A stretch of 64,000 nucleotides of DNA from positions 2,225,048 through 2,289,047 of the forward strand of contig NW_003314270.1 in NCBI RefSeq assembly GCF_000143415.4, in the 5' to 3' direction. The notes beneath the pieces were generated by a model, which searched no databases, was not told the DNA's origin, and saw only the letters and a list, made by a program, of their open reading frames with translations. The stretch is from Selaginella moellendorffii. Lineage: Eukaryota > Plantae > Lycopodiophyta. Position numbers and translations under genes: made by a program. How positions within the stretch are numbered: the stretch's first letter is position 1; every line of letters begins with the position of its first letter. Below are positions 34,352-46,639 of the stretch, one piece after another.

Positions 34352-36090
34352 ATGATCAAAGGGAGGGCGGCCGCGAGCGCTCTTACCCCAAAATTATGCG
34401 TCGCGGTCCTGTGCCTCGCGAGCTTCTTCATCGGATTCTTCTCTCCCAGCAGGTATTCCATCGATTTGTTTGAGATTTTCTCCTTTGCACAGTCTAGATC
34501 TGTGTGTGCTGTGCTTGCATTGGGCTGCATTGCTTGGGTGAATCGAGCGAAAGTGTTGTTTACTTTTTTTACTTCTGGCAGTGGTAGAAAAAGACAGTCA
34601 CAGGAAGGGTTATATTCCTTCTAGAGCTTGAATACGCAGAAAGGCGCCTGTGAAAGCTCGTGGTCACCCAGTGGAAGTGCTGCACACTACACGTTAAAAG
34701 CTTTGCTTCCACAGGATCTTAAGAACTTTTCTTTACTCCCATTAGATCTTCCTTCCGAGCGGTTCTCTTCCCAAAACTAATGTCAACATAGTTTTTTTTG
34801 TCTGTGCAGCAGATCAACGAGCCCAACAACGCTCTATAGAAGCGGGAGTGTTGGGAACGCTAGCATTAGGATCAAACAACGACCGAAAGCTCTCGTTGTG
34901 GTAGGAATAAACACTGCATTTACAAGCCGCAAGCGCAGAGACTCCGTGCGTGAGACGTGGATGCCCAGAGGCAAGTCAAGTTTTCTCTAAAGATTTTGGT
35001 TCCTTCTCCGTGGCTAAGTTTCTCTCGTACCAGGAGCGGAGCTCAAGAAACTGGAAAAGGAGAAAGGCATTGTTGTCAGATTTGTCGTTGGTCACAGGTA
35101 GGAACTTGTCTTGTGTTTCCTGTTTTCCTGATTATTTCGATCCTTAGTGCTACTCCAGGTGGAATTTTAGAGCGTACGATTGATGCTGAAGATGAGCTCT
35201 ACTCGGACTTTCTCCGGCTGGTACATGCTACAACCCTTCAACATAAAACCATTTCTGATTACTTGGAATTCCAGGATGATCATATCGAAGGCTATCGTGA
35301 ACTATCCGCCAAGACCAAAGCGTACTTTGCTACAGCCGTGTCGCTTTGGGATGCAGATTTCTACGTAAAAGTCGACGATGATGTTCATGTAAACTTGGGT
35401 AGGCCAGCTCTCGCTTTTCCTTAACAGCGTTTCACAGTTTTTGTGTGTCAGAAAAACTTGGGAAGACATTGGCACGTCACCGCTCGAAACCTGGTATTTA
35501 TATTGGTTGCATGAAACATGGAGCTGTTCTTTCCCAGAAGTAAGCTTTGCCGCATTTGCTAATCCATGATCCTGTTCGTTTTCCATGAACTCAGGGGTGG
35601 GAAGTACTACGAGCCCGAGTTTCGAAAGTTTGGAGGAGATGGGAATAGATACTTCCAGCACGCAACGGGACAACTCTATGGCATCTCTCAGGATCTGGCA
35701 GCATATATCTTGGCGAACAAGTAAATCTCCTGTTTATTTGTTTCCAGTCCAGATTCTCATTTGGTTTCTCCACAGGGACATTCTCCACAGATATGCAAAC
35801 GAGGATGTGTCACTGGGAGCTTGGCTCATCGGTTTAAACGTGAAGCACATCAATGACCGGAGCCTGTGCTGCGGAACTACAGGTGTGATCACTCGATCGT
35901 GTGAACTTCAACTTAAAAATCCCTCACAGATGAAGTTGGTTTGCCAGATTGCGAATCGAAGCTCCGAGCTGGAAATGCGTGCGTCGCTTCGTTCGATTGG
36001 TCGTGCAGTGGGATTTGTAGATCGGCCGCGAGAATGAGAGACGTCCATCGACGATGTGGAGAGCACAGCAACAGCACAGTAGCACGATAG
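34352..36090 (+). CDS. GT31 beta-1,3-galactosyltransferase, multi-exon
   Basis: N-terminal [85 protein letters not shown]. Confidence 0.92.
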
Positions 36091-36166
36091 CACGACTGTA
36101 TATTCTTGTAGTATATTCCGCTTCAATGTGACCAAGATTCTTGCGTGGAATATGCGATCGAAATTC

Positions 36167-36181
36167 TAGGGTTTAGGGTTT
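36167..36181 (+). promoter_or_regulatory. Tandem telo-box (TAGGGTT) upstream of Pescadillo
   Basis: tagggtttagggttt ~20 bp before the ATG; telo-boxes are known at plant ribosome-biogenesis promoters. Similar motifs at ~3145, ~30951 and ~34039. Confidence 0.6.
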
Positions 36182-36199
36182 GAGGGCGGGCGGAAGAGA

Positions 36200-36597
36200 A
36201 TGGTGCGTGTTTCGTCGCGATGCTCGAGCAATGTGCTCAGATCTTTCATCTTCGCAGGTGAAGCAGGTTAAGAACGCTGTCAAGGCGGCCAAGCGCAAGC
36301 TCCACACTGGCAGGCGCGGGAATCCGGGGAATGCAGCGAAATACATTACTCGGAACAAGGCGCTCAATCGGCTCCAAATCAAGCTCCCCGAATTCAGGTA
36401 TTTGGAGACGCTACTGGTTCTTATCTTGAAATCGTCAAATTTACACAGGCGGTTGTGCATTCTCAAGGGAATCCATCCCAGAGAACCAAAGAAAAAATTT
36501 GAAGGGCAGAACAAAACTTACTATCATGTCAAGGACATAAACTTCCTTCTGCACGAGCCACTCCTCGAGAAAAGCAGGTAATTCTTCCTATCCTTGG

Positions 36598-36634
<37 letters not shown>

Positions 36635-38812
36635 ATTTTGTGACACTACTTACAGGGAGATTCGTGCTTACGAGAAGAAAATTACCAAGGCCAGGGCCAA
36701 ATACAATGCAGACCTTGCGCATCGTTTGCAAAATAATCGGCCATCTTTCACACTTGATCATCTAGTCAAGGAGAGGTAAGAAGTAATTGTGTAATCTTCG
36801 TTAAAGATAGATATTTGTTGGTGTATCAGGTATCCTTCTTTCATTGATGCCGTTCGCGACTTGGAGGATCCTCTGACTATGATCCATTTGTTCGCTACTC
36901 TACCGGCTGACACAACCCATAGCGTTCCATTTGAGCGGGTCCATAGTTGTCGAAGGTATTAGACCATTCTTTTCCCTGAATCACGTAGTGATGTTTTGGT
37001 GGCAGGCTGAGTCTTGAATGGCAAGCATATGTTACGCGAACACACTCTTTACGGAAAATATTCGTCTCTGTAAAAGGGATCTACTATCAGGTGTGCTAAG
37101 TTTCAGTCTAAATTGATAGTGACCAATGGTTTTTTACTTTGCAGGTCGAAGTATCGGGCCAGAAGATCACGTACTTGACTCCACATGTTCTCAATCAGAT
37201 TCTTCCGGAGGACGTCGACTTTCGGGTGATGCTTACATTTGCCGAGTTTTATGAGGTACTTCTTGCTGTTTTCTGTTTTTTCTCCTATTGATCAGCTTAT
37301 CTTCTACAGACGCTTCTGGGTTTCGTCAATTTTAAACTTTACCATTCCCTGGGATTAAACTATCCTCCAGTTTTGGATCCTCGATTGGAGCAGGCTGCTG
37401 CAGGTTGTGAACTCTTACGTGAGTAAAATTTACGTTTAACGTCGTTTTGAACTTCCAGAACTCTATGCACTGATGAAGGACTTGGCTGGCGGAACTACAT
37501 CTGCCCCTCTCTTGGAAGATGCCTCGGCGAAAGAAGACGATGCTCCTGTTTCTGTGGATGAACAGCAAAGCCTAATGGAAGCAGAAAACAAAGAGAAGAG
37601 GATAGCGGAGTCTCAAGCAAGACTAGCGTCTTTGCAAGATAGACTGAAGCAAATAGAGAAGGAGAAGGAGAAGCCACAAGACGTTCCAGTGCAAGTCAAA
37701 ACTGAAGCTATGGACGTGGATGACGTTATCGAAGATGAGGATCTGGAAACACGGACCTGCAGGCGCTTGTTCCAAAATCTCACCTTCTTTTTGGGGAGAG
37801 AGGTAAACGATTGACTTCGTGTTTTTTCTTTCTTTTTCTAACGTTTGGACCTTCCAGGTTCCGAGGGAGTCGTTATTGTTTGTTATTCGTTCTTTCGGAG
37901 GTGCAGTATCCTGGGATGGAGATGGCGCCCCTTTTCCGGAAAATGACGAAGTCATTACACATCAGGTAACTTCATTCTCGTACGAGCTAGGCTGATCGTT
38001 TGTTCAATCACAGATTGTAGATCGCCCAACACAAGGACACAAATTTCTATCGAGGCATTATGTCCAGCCGCAATGGGTGTACGATTGTGCGAACAACAGG
38101 ATCCTGCTGCCAACGGAGCCTTATCTCCTTGGAAGGTGAGTGATACTGCTCTGGTGGCTCGCGTCACTGAATCTAGAATGCCAGGATTCCTCCGCCGCAC
38201 CTATCGCCGTTTGTGGATAACGAGGCGGAGGGACACGTTCCAGAGTACGCTGATACCATCAAAAGGCTGCGGCTTGCGGTGAACCAGCAGCTGGCGCCAC
38301 TGCCAGGAAGTGAATCCGGGATCGATGAAGGTGAACTTTTGGTTGCGGCTGCTGCTCGGCGTCGGGAAGATCTTGAAGCCGAAAAGGAACGCGAGGTAGG
38401 ACGTCTGGAAAACATTGCATTGTAAGCATTCTTGTGTGGTTTGCCTTTGCAGCTAGCTGCGATGGAGAAATCCTATGCCGAAGACTTGAGGAGAGAGCTG
38501 GCGGGGAAATCTTTCTCAGGAGAAGAGGAAGCTCTTGCGGATGTGCCAGAAAGTGAGGTCCTTCCGCCACCGAAAGAGGACGATCCCAAGGACATGGCGA
38601 AGATGATGTTGTCCAGGAACAAGAGAAATCTCTACCAAGCCATGGAGGTAAGACTTTTCTTCATTTTGTTTCTATGACAAGGCTACATTCTTGTGCTAAT
38701 GACCTTGCTGCTACAGATGAGCAACACCAAGAAGAAGGAAGGAGTGAAGCTGATCAAGGAAAGGAAGCGAAAGGCTGACGAGAAAGAAAGAAAGAAGACT
38801 AGAACAATGTAG
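36200..38812 (+). CDS. PES: Pescadillo homolog (BRCT-containing ribosome biogenesis factor), many exons
   Basis: [102 protein letters not shown]; first coding exon appears to be ATG only. Confidence 0.93.
36600..36629 (+). repeat. (CT)n microsatellite in a PES intron
   Basis: tctctctc... run. Confidence 0.9.
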
Positions 38813-39070
38813 ATCTACGAAGTATATTCACAAGAAGATTCCTTGGACAATATTTTAGGGCACTTCTTACCTGGACTGTGATCTAGCCGTCGAAGTCGTA
38901 TGACGGCCCCGATTGTATCTTAAGCTTAAGAAGTGTTTAGGGTGACTGTCAGTGTGCCAGGCCGCTATAAATCCAGGCGCGAGCGAAGCTCACTTCAAAG
39001 CTTAGCCGGATCATTCCCTCGCCACTCACAGTAGCTGCGATTCCTTTCTTTTTGCGAGCAGCGACCGGAT

Positions 39071-41126
39071 ATGGATCCACATTCTTACGCAGATTTCTCG
39101 CAGCTCCTCACCGACAGCATCGCGCTCGATCTCTTCCTCGACTTTGAAAGGCGGATCATCGTCGGCAGCGCCGATTTCACCCTGCGCCAGGCGTTCTCCG
39201 GGGATTTCGTCCTCGACACACGAGATCTGCTCGTCCGGGGCGCCTTCGATTCCTCCTCGCCGGCCAAGAAGCCACTGGCATTCGATATTTCGAGCGAGCG
39301 GCACCCGATCAAGGGCCAGCGCCTCGTGCTCCATCTCCCCTCGCCGACGAGCCGCTTCTTGATCCTCTTCACCACATCGCCGCAAGCGTCCGCCCTCCAG
39401 TGGCTTGATCCATCGCAGGCCTCCTCCGGGAAGCACCCCTTCGTCTACACGCATTGCCAAGCTCTCCACGCGCGCTCCATCTTTCCCTGCCAGGACACGC
39501 CCTCGGCGCGATTCAGGTTCTCGGCGAGGATCAACATCCCCCAGGAGATGCGCGCGGTGATGTCCGCCGCGCATGTGGAGCGGCTGGAAGCGATCGCTCC
39601 CGGGCGCGCGGTCGAGGTTTTCGAGATGGAGCAGCCAATCCCGCCCTATCTCTTCGCTCTCGCGGCGGGAGAGATCGCCTGCGAGGAGCTGGGAGCTCGA
39701 TCCAGGGTGTATGGCGAGCCGGGCATGGTGAAGGCGGCGGCGCAAGAGTTCGCGGCCACCGAGGGGATGATCGAACAGGCGGAGGCGCTGTTTGGGCCGT
39801 ATGACTGGGAGAGATTCGACATGCTGGTGTTGCCGCCAAGCTTTCCCTATGGAGGGATGGAGAACCCGAGGATGGTGTTCTTGACGCCGACGGTGATCGT
39901 TGGCGATCGGAGCGGCGTCTCGGTGGTGGCACACGAGCTCGCTCACAGCTGGACCGGGAATCTCATCACTAATGCCTCCGCCAACGATTTCTGGCTCAAC
40001 GAGGTGAGAATTCTCCCGCTTGCGTGATTCCAATTGTTTTGTTTAGATCATCTTTTTCTTTTCTTTTTGTTAATCTTGCCTGCCTCGAGCGGTCTTGTCT
40101 CTTTGATTGCTCGAGCATGCTTGGTACTACTGTTCTTGGTGTTTGATTGTAAATTATGATGAGGATGCTGACGTTAAAGAATGAATGGCGGTCTCTCAGG
40201 GATTCACCACCTATGCGGAAAGGCGGATCGTGGAAGTTTTGGACGGGAAGGAGCGGGTGGCCCTTCACTATGGGCTGGGATGGAACGGATGGGAAGAGGA
40301 GATCGAGCGATTCAAGGATAGGCCCGAGTTTACCAAGCTTAAGACCAACCAGGAGAATGTGGATCCCGACGAGGTATACTCCCAAGTTCCATACGAGAAA
40401 GGCTGCTTCTTTCTCAAGAGGCTCGAGGACGAGGTCAGTCGTCCGGCATTTGACGACTTTCTCGAACGCTACATCGCCAAGTTTCGCTTTACGTCGATCG
40501 ACACGGAGACGTTCCTGGTGTTTCTGAGAGATTACTTCCCGGGGATTGATGAGAAAGTGAACGTCGATAGATGGATTTACGAGCCAGGCATGCCTCCCGA
40601 CGCTCCGAAGCCAAAGTCTGGAATTCTGGAGAGAGTTTTGGGGATGGTGGCGGAATTCAAGTCCCAAAGCGAGAGTTACGATGAAGAAGCCTGGAAGAAG
40701 TACCTCGAGTCACTCAAGGAGGAAGTTTTGGGGTGGCAAGCTCTGGAGTGGCAAGTTTACCTCGAGAGCCTTCCAAAGAAAGTGGCGAGCGTGATGATAC
40801 TCCGTGATCTGGACTCGGTGTTTCATCTGTCGAGGAGTCCCAACTGGGATCTCCGGGTTGCGTTCCTGGTGATTGCGGCCAACTCGGGTTTCCAGGCTTG
40901 CTACAATGACATCGAGCAGGCGCTGATGATGGTGGGAAGAATGCGGTACCTTCGTCCTCTCTACAGTGGTCTGCTGGACAGCAAGGACGAAGCCGGCATG
41001 GACCTTGCAAAGAAAGTATTTGCAGAGGCTCGTCCGAAGTATCATCCGATTGCTCGCTCGGTGGTGGAGGGATTGATGAAGGCGAAGGACGGGAAGAGCA
41101 ATGATGGAAAGTTATATGAGCAGTGA
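39071..41126 (+). CDS. LKHA4: M1 aminopeptidase / leukotriene A4 hydrolase homolog, 2 exons
   Basis: MDPHSY, SFPYGGMENP (GxMEN), HELAHSWTGNL...FWLNEGFT (HExxH-x18-E), YSQVPYEKG, VGRMRYLRPLY. Confidence 0.94.
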
Positions 41127-41554
41127 CTGGGTATCGAGGACCTCAAAGGTAGGAATTATTTTTTCCAAAAGTTCTCGACAGCTTTCCGGGCCTGCTCACT
41201 GATGCTGATCCTCCTGCAGGTGTAGTGGAAGGAATTTCTCTGACCGGGAATGATCTGGTCCTCGGTCGAATAAGGTACAGGAGCCTAGACTCTAGATTAT
41301 CATTAGTTGTCTTATCGGCTTGCTTAAACAAGTGAAAAGCACTTCAGTCTGTGGGCTGAGTTTTTTAATCCGCATCTTACATTTTGCGCTATAATCTGGT
41401 TCTTTGCAGGCTTAAGTTTGCGAAGATCACATCTCCGAGGTATTTTTAGTGAAATGAAGAAAGCTTCTTCAAGAGTAAGAGAGCTTCTCGAGCTTGTTTA
41501 CGTGATCGCTGCCTTGATCCAGGAAAAATTCAAGTAATCCCAGAGGTGGGACGT

Positions 41555-42210
41555 TTATAAATCATCTTGGTCGAAGAACATGGCATCTATTGCGTCGGTA
41601 AGAATGAACTCCACTAAATCCTGGCATCCCTTGGTCATGTAGAGCCTAATCTGATTCTTTGCACTCCAGCCAGCAGTGAAAGCGGCCATACAAATCACGC
41701 ACGCTGCCGAGAAGGCCACCGTTTGGCCCAGCTCCTTGACTTCTATTCCCTTGAACACATTGTTGCCGGTCACAACCTCTAGTCCTAGAGCTATGGCGAA
41801 AGCTACCTGCAAAGACGAAGGAATCATCCGTGAGCAAAGGAGCTGCCTCGAAAGCCAAAAGGAGAGAAACGTACCATTGCAGCGCGGCCTGAGATCGTCT
41901 CAAAGTCTTGAGCTTGGGCCGTGGCTTGGACACTGGCAGCCAGTTGCTTGAGGAAAACAGACGAGGCGGCCGAGTCCCAAGCGCTTGATCCCATGGCTAT
42001 GGAGTCTCCCCCGTCTTGGCTGAACGCTCGCAGTGTGCAGAGTCTTGGAGGCTTTTCCTCCATTACTCTTGATCGAGTAGCAACTAGATCCTTTGCTTCA
42101 ACGATTTCATCTGTGTTTCTCCTGCTACTTGCTCTCACTCCCATTTTGCTCCTCCTGCTAAGCACTCCTCCGATACTAAAAGAGGAACCAGCAGCTCCTT
42201 TCGTGGCCAT
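41555..42210 (-). CDS. Stress-enhanced protein (SEP2-like, LHC-like superfamily), 2 exons
   Basis: Chlorophyll-binding-like motif DFETISGRAAMVAFAIALGLEVVTG, second TM segment, transit-peptide-like N-terminus. Confidence 0.7.
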
Positions 42211-42714
42211 GGAAACGCAAATCTTCGCTGCTGCTTGGAAGAGTCAGTGGCTGGAGAGAAGTTCTACCTCGCAGTGGAAGAAGTTCTACCTTGCAGCACG
42301 CACAAACTCGTTCCCTGAACCTTGGAGCTCTTTTCTAAGTTTCCCAGAAGGTTCTAAACCAAGATATCAACTTAACTATGGGCGAAGAGAAGAAGACCAC
42401 GTATCCGAATGACAAAGGACCTTGGAATAAAAGGGAGCGGTAGTAGAGCGGCAGCACACGAGATTCCCGTCACATCCCAGCAAGCTCTGGCAAGTTTCCT
42501 TTTGATTTCTCTCGTAAAAACTTGCGACTTTTCGTCCCCGATCAAAATCGTGTTGTTGCTGCTTCACTGACGCGTCTTGATTTCACTTTGCAGATCAGTC
42601 CAAGCCCCGGGTCGTTCTCAAGCAGCGAGAAAAATCCAGATTTCCGTCGCCAACTTTTCCTTTTTCCCTGCCTTGCCACCCTGCTCTCTGTTTTCCGAAA
42701 GATGGCCGGCTTTG

Positions 42715-43599
42715 CTAGTTACTGCCCCTGCTTCCTCGAGAGCCTTGAGGGAAGAGGAACTTCCCCTTGCGGCGGCTGCACCTCAAATCCAGCCCCAAGT
42801 CGTAGGCCACATTGAAGATGGAAACGCTGCTCAAGCTGAGCGACAGCGAGTTGTGCCTCCGGTACAAGAGCTGCTCGATATCCCCGGCCATCACCTCGAA
42901 GATCCCAAAGTCGGAGTCATTGGTGAGAATGGTGGTCTTGGGATACAGCATGGCCGACTGGACGACGAACAAGTAGTCCTTGACGCGGCTCTTGTGACTC
43001 TCCTTCATCGCCAGCCACTTCCCCTTGGGAGCTCGCCGGAAGAGCCCGATGAGCGAGTCCACCACCCGGTTGGCATCCTCGAGCCTCTCCTCGGACATGG
43101 TCGAGAAGGGGATCGCGCTCGACAGCCCAAACAGCGCGTACTCCTTCCAGGCCACCGGCGGAGCCGCGAGCTTGGCGCCCTTGAGGAGCTCTAGGAACCT
43201 CTCCCGGTCGGCCGTCACCTGCGATGGCTCCAGCCTGAGATCCTTGAAGAGGCAGGCGACGCTGGTGTCGAGGACGAAGGTGTCGCTCTCCCGCCTGGAT
43301 TCCAGCTGCCGGAGGAGCGGGCTGTTCATGGTGGGGATGGGCGGGGCCGCCCTCACGAACGCGACGCGCGTGCCGGCGGCGTTCTCGGTAGCCACCGACG
43401 GCTGCGCGCGCCGCCGGGGGCACTGGTTGGCGGCGGCGAAGGGGCGTACCTTGCGCGTGAGGATCCCCAGGCGCTTCTTCCGCTCGCGCTCCGCCTGGAG
43501 GAACTCGCGCTGGCCGGGCCACAGCTCCGTGCGGTGGAAGGACTCCTCGCGGCGCCGCTTGAACGCCGCCAGGCTCGCGGATCTCACCCGAGCCCGCAT
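42715..43599 (-). CDS. Hypothetical protein with a PIN (VapC-like) ribonuclease motif set, intronless
   Basis: 294-aa GC-rich ORF; FVLDTS, VAWKEY, VKDYLFVVQSA and ILTNDSDF occur in PIN order and spacing. Confidence 0.65.
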   Translation of the reverse strand: MRARVRSASLAAFKRRREESFHRTELWPGQREFLQAERERKKRLGILTRKVRPFAAANQCPRRRAQPSVATENAAGTRVAFVRAAPPIPTMNSPLLRQLESRRESDTFVLDTSVACLFKDLRLEPSQVTADRERFLELLKGAKLAAPPVAWKEYALFGLSSAIPFSTMSEERLEDANRVVDSLIGLFRRAPKGKWLAMKESHKSRVKDYLFVVQSAMLYPKTTILTNDSDFGIFEVMAGDIEQLLYRRHNSLSLSLSSVSIFNVAYDLGLDLRCSRRKGKFLFPQGSRGSRGSN

Positions 43600-43686
43600 T
43601 TCTACCGTTCTGCCCTAGGCTAGAAGAGATCGAAGAAAACTATAATAAATCCTGTACAAACAGCCAAATCCAATGGAGCAGCGCTG

Positions 43687-44226
43687 CTACTTATTGCCGG
43701 ATCTGGCAGCTAGCGCCGCCGCCTTGTCCTTGATCTCCTCCTGGGACGCGGTGATCATCCACACGGGATCTGGCACCGACGCCTCCGGGATCGCCCACCG
43801 ACGTGGCGAATTCTCCTCGAGGGGCTGGCCGATGAGAGCCAGATCCTCCCAAAACTCCCGCCCTCTGTCGAAATTCCGCTCGTAGCTGTCCATCTTGTAG
43901 TAGTGCTGCTGGTGTGGATCGAATTGCCCGCCCTGGGGATTGCCATCATGGATCCAGCCCCTCCGGAACCTGGCTCGGCATTTTCTTACCAGCTGCGTCC
44001 ATCGCGAAGGCCTCACGTAGGGCTTGGGCCCCGAGGCTCCCAATTGTGGATCCAAGGAGGACGAAGCGGACTGCGAGCGCGATCCCACGCCGATGTAGCT
44101 GGGGCCATGACTCTTCAACAGGGCTGCCTTGTCCGCGAGCCATCCACAGAGGAACCAGCTCTTGAGGAGCTCCAAGAAGCTCGGGGATTGAGCAGCCGCG
44201 GATTCGACCACTCCCTGCTTATCCAT
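43687..44226 (-). CDS. Small uncharacterised protein, paralog of 48239-48931
   Basis: 179-aa ORF with W...RK.R...HYYKMDSYERNFDRGREFWEDL; resembles plant 'YD..SY..NFD.G' small proteins. Confidence 0.65.
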   Translation of the reverse strand: MDKQGVVESAAAQSPSFLELLKSWFLCGWLADKAALLKSHGPSYIGVGSRSQSASSSLDPQLGASGPKPYVRPSRWTQLVRKCRARFRRGWIHDGNPQGGQFDPHQQHYYKMDSYERNFDRGREFWEDLALIGQPLEENSPRRWAIPEASVPDPVWMITASQEEIKDKAAALAARSGNK

Positions 44227-46639
44227 GGTGGTTGCCCTAGATACACCAGCCTCAGTTTTAAAGTTTAAAGGTCTAAAACCTGTTATTATAAGATTAGCAT
44301 TATCTTATAACTAGTAATTGCCCAGCCAATGCTGAGTAGTTGGCAAAGCCTTTCAAACTCACCAATATATTTTCATGACAGAATTGCTCACATCTCATAA
44401 TTTCTTTATTGATCCCTAGCTGCCTAAGAATCAATTTTCTTCACTCTAAGCCATTTAAAAAACTTCTTAACCTCTTTGACAAAGCCATTACCTCACTTGG
44501 AACCCAAAATCCCATCTTTGGGACCCTGGCATACTTTATGAGATATAGAAACCCAATGGTATGTATGCAATTGCACATTGACTTTTATATATTGTCAGCT
44601 TCTATGTTTATCCATTTTTTCCACCTCTTCCAAGATTGTGTTGGTATTTGTGAGCTTTGAGGCAGCTACAACCCTATGGTTGTCAATGTTGATTGCTCCT
44701 ATGAATTAGAAATGGAAAAGAGTTTGCAAACTAAGAAACATGATTTTAAATGGAAAAAAAACTGTAACTGATTAAATCTAGATGTTCATCTAGAGTGTCT
44801 GTTAAACACTGAACCCTTTAAAAAAACTAATACTATTTTTAAGTTTATTATAAGTTTTGATGATTGTTCACTTCTCCATGCTCTTACATCATGCTCCAAA
44901 AGTTAGTGGTGATTTCCTAGTTGTTTATACTTTTGGTTGTTTTATAGAGCACTGGACTTCCATAAATCCAGAGTGACACATGTTGTAGACTAAGGTAAAT
45001 TTGGGAGGCCCAGCCCATCAATTAGAGTGAGGGATAAGTATCAACCCACTTGAAAAATGAAAAATTGAACACTCTAAACCATGCAACATAACTATGAGTA
45101 TGTGAGACACAACTATACAGGTATGCAATTTAAACATAGACCTATGGACTTTACCAACTTCTTATTTTATTCATTGCTAGCATTTGATGCCAATGCCATT
45201 AGCTCATCTCTTTAGCCAACTTAACTCTGATTTTCAATCTGATCCCAGTTATCAGATTGATCCATGGCCATGCCATTATGTTCAAGATGATCCTCACCAT
45301 CTCACGCCTAGCATGTTGGCATAACATAAAGCTGGAGAGTGGCCAGCCATCAAGACACCTTCTCCCAGCATTCCAGCTATTGACACCTACATGGAGCTAT
45401 TGGCACAAAGTTTCTTCTTCCTGATTGTCACATTGAAACTGCAAGAAAAAGGAATTTGCATTCAATATCAACACCTGACTAACTTTCTTGGTCTTGATCT
45501 TGGAAGCTCTAGACTAATTCTTCAATTTCAAAAGTAGAAGTATCAGATTGTGATATATGATTGTGGGCAACCCTAAACTTTAAATGCCAATTCTTAGCAT
45601 AATCATCCTAGATGATGCTAAGAGTACACGTTAATTGGCCTGTCCTGAGTGCAATGTGATTTTCTCAAATTCCTAGACTAATATGTGTTTTCTCTAATCC
45701 ATGGCTTTCACCCACAACACCTAATGAGCTTCTTCTCTTCCAGCTAGCATGCTTGTTATTGATTGGCCATCCAAACATCAACATGATTTTTCCATAATAA
45801 TAATACATTTCCTCACGTCACTCCTTACACTCGAGGAACGTATATGTCCACCAAGGTCTTGGTAAGCTTTAAGGTAAACCATCAATGAAAGCTAGAGAAA
45901 TAATGTAGGCACTATTCTGATCATGAAGACATGCTCCCAATGGAGGTAGGAATGGTAGTCTTCAGCAATGAACAATTTATAGATGGTCATCTTTCTCCTT
46001 CTTGGCAATTCTCTTTTAGGACTACATGAAGCCATTGTCAGCAGTGTCCTATCAATGGGTAACTATAGTCATAGTTTTCAGTTGCATTAAGCATTGCCAG
46101 TATTTTACAGGTTGCTTGGACTTAAAGATGAAGTTTTTCTCATAGATGTTTGTTCTTCGGCTAATTTAGCATGAGCTATTTGCCTTGCGGCATATAGAGG
46201 GTCATGCCTCCTAACTTGCCAAAGCTGCCAATGTGATCGATTGCCTTCTAGAATGCCTTAGTGTTAAGCATGATCCCATTGCTCACTCCCCCAAAATCGG
46301 CAATGGAGAAAACACATGGCCATGCCCTCAATAGCTTTGGGACCAACCTATTCTTCATGCTGTTGCATCCCTAAGCAATCATCCAATAGGAACAGCAATG
46401 GCAATGCATTCTTCAAGGTCCTTTCTTTGTTTGATGATCAACACTTTGCATATGATATATGTCTTAGTGCTTTCTTCTCTTGCCCCACATAGTTTGGTTG
46501 CCTTCCATTAGCTGAGAGCAAACATCAACACAATTATTTGTTAAGATGTGGTTAAAAATATAACCCTTTTTACCCCCCATTGGACAGCTGCAATTGGCTA
46601 GATCCAACAGCCCGGAAGTTTGGCACTCCCTCCTTATTA

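Noticed and set aside
42715-44226. Bacterial toxin-antitoxin operon or contamination
   Set aside because: Embedded among intron-containing plant genes, and the upstream ORF has a plant-type paralog at 48239-48931; only the PIN-like motif observation is retained
45230-46520. Possible decayed PPR pseudogene
   Set aside because: Only faint motif echoes (e.g. NGNAFFKVLSLFD); too degraded to support a call without alignment
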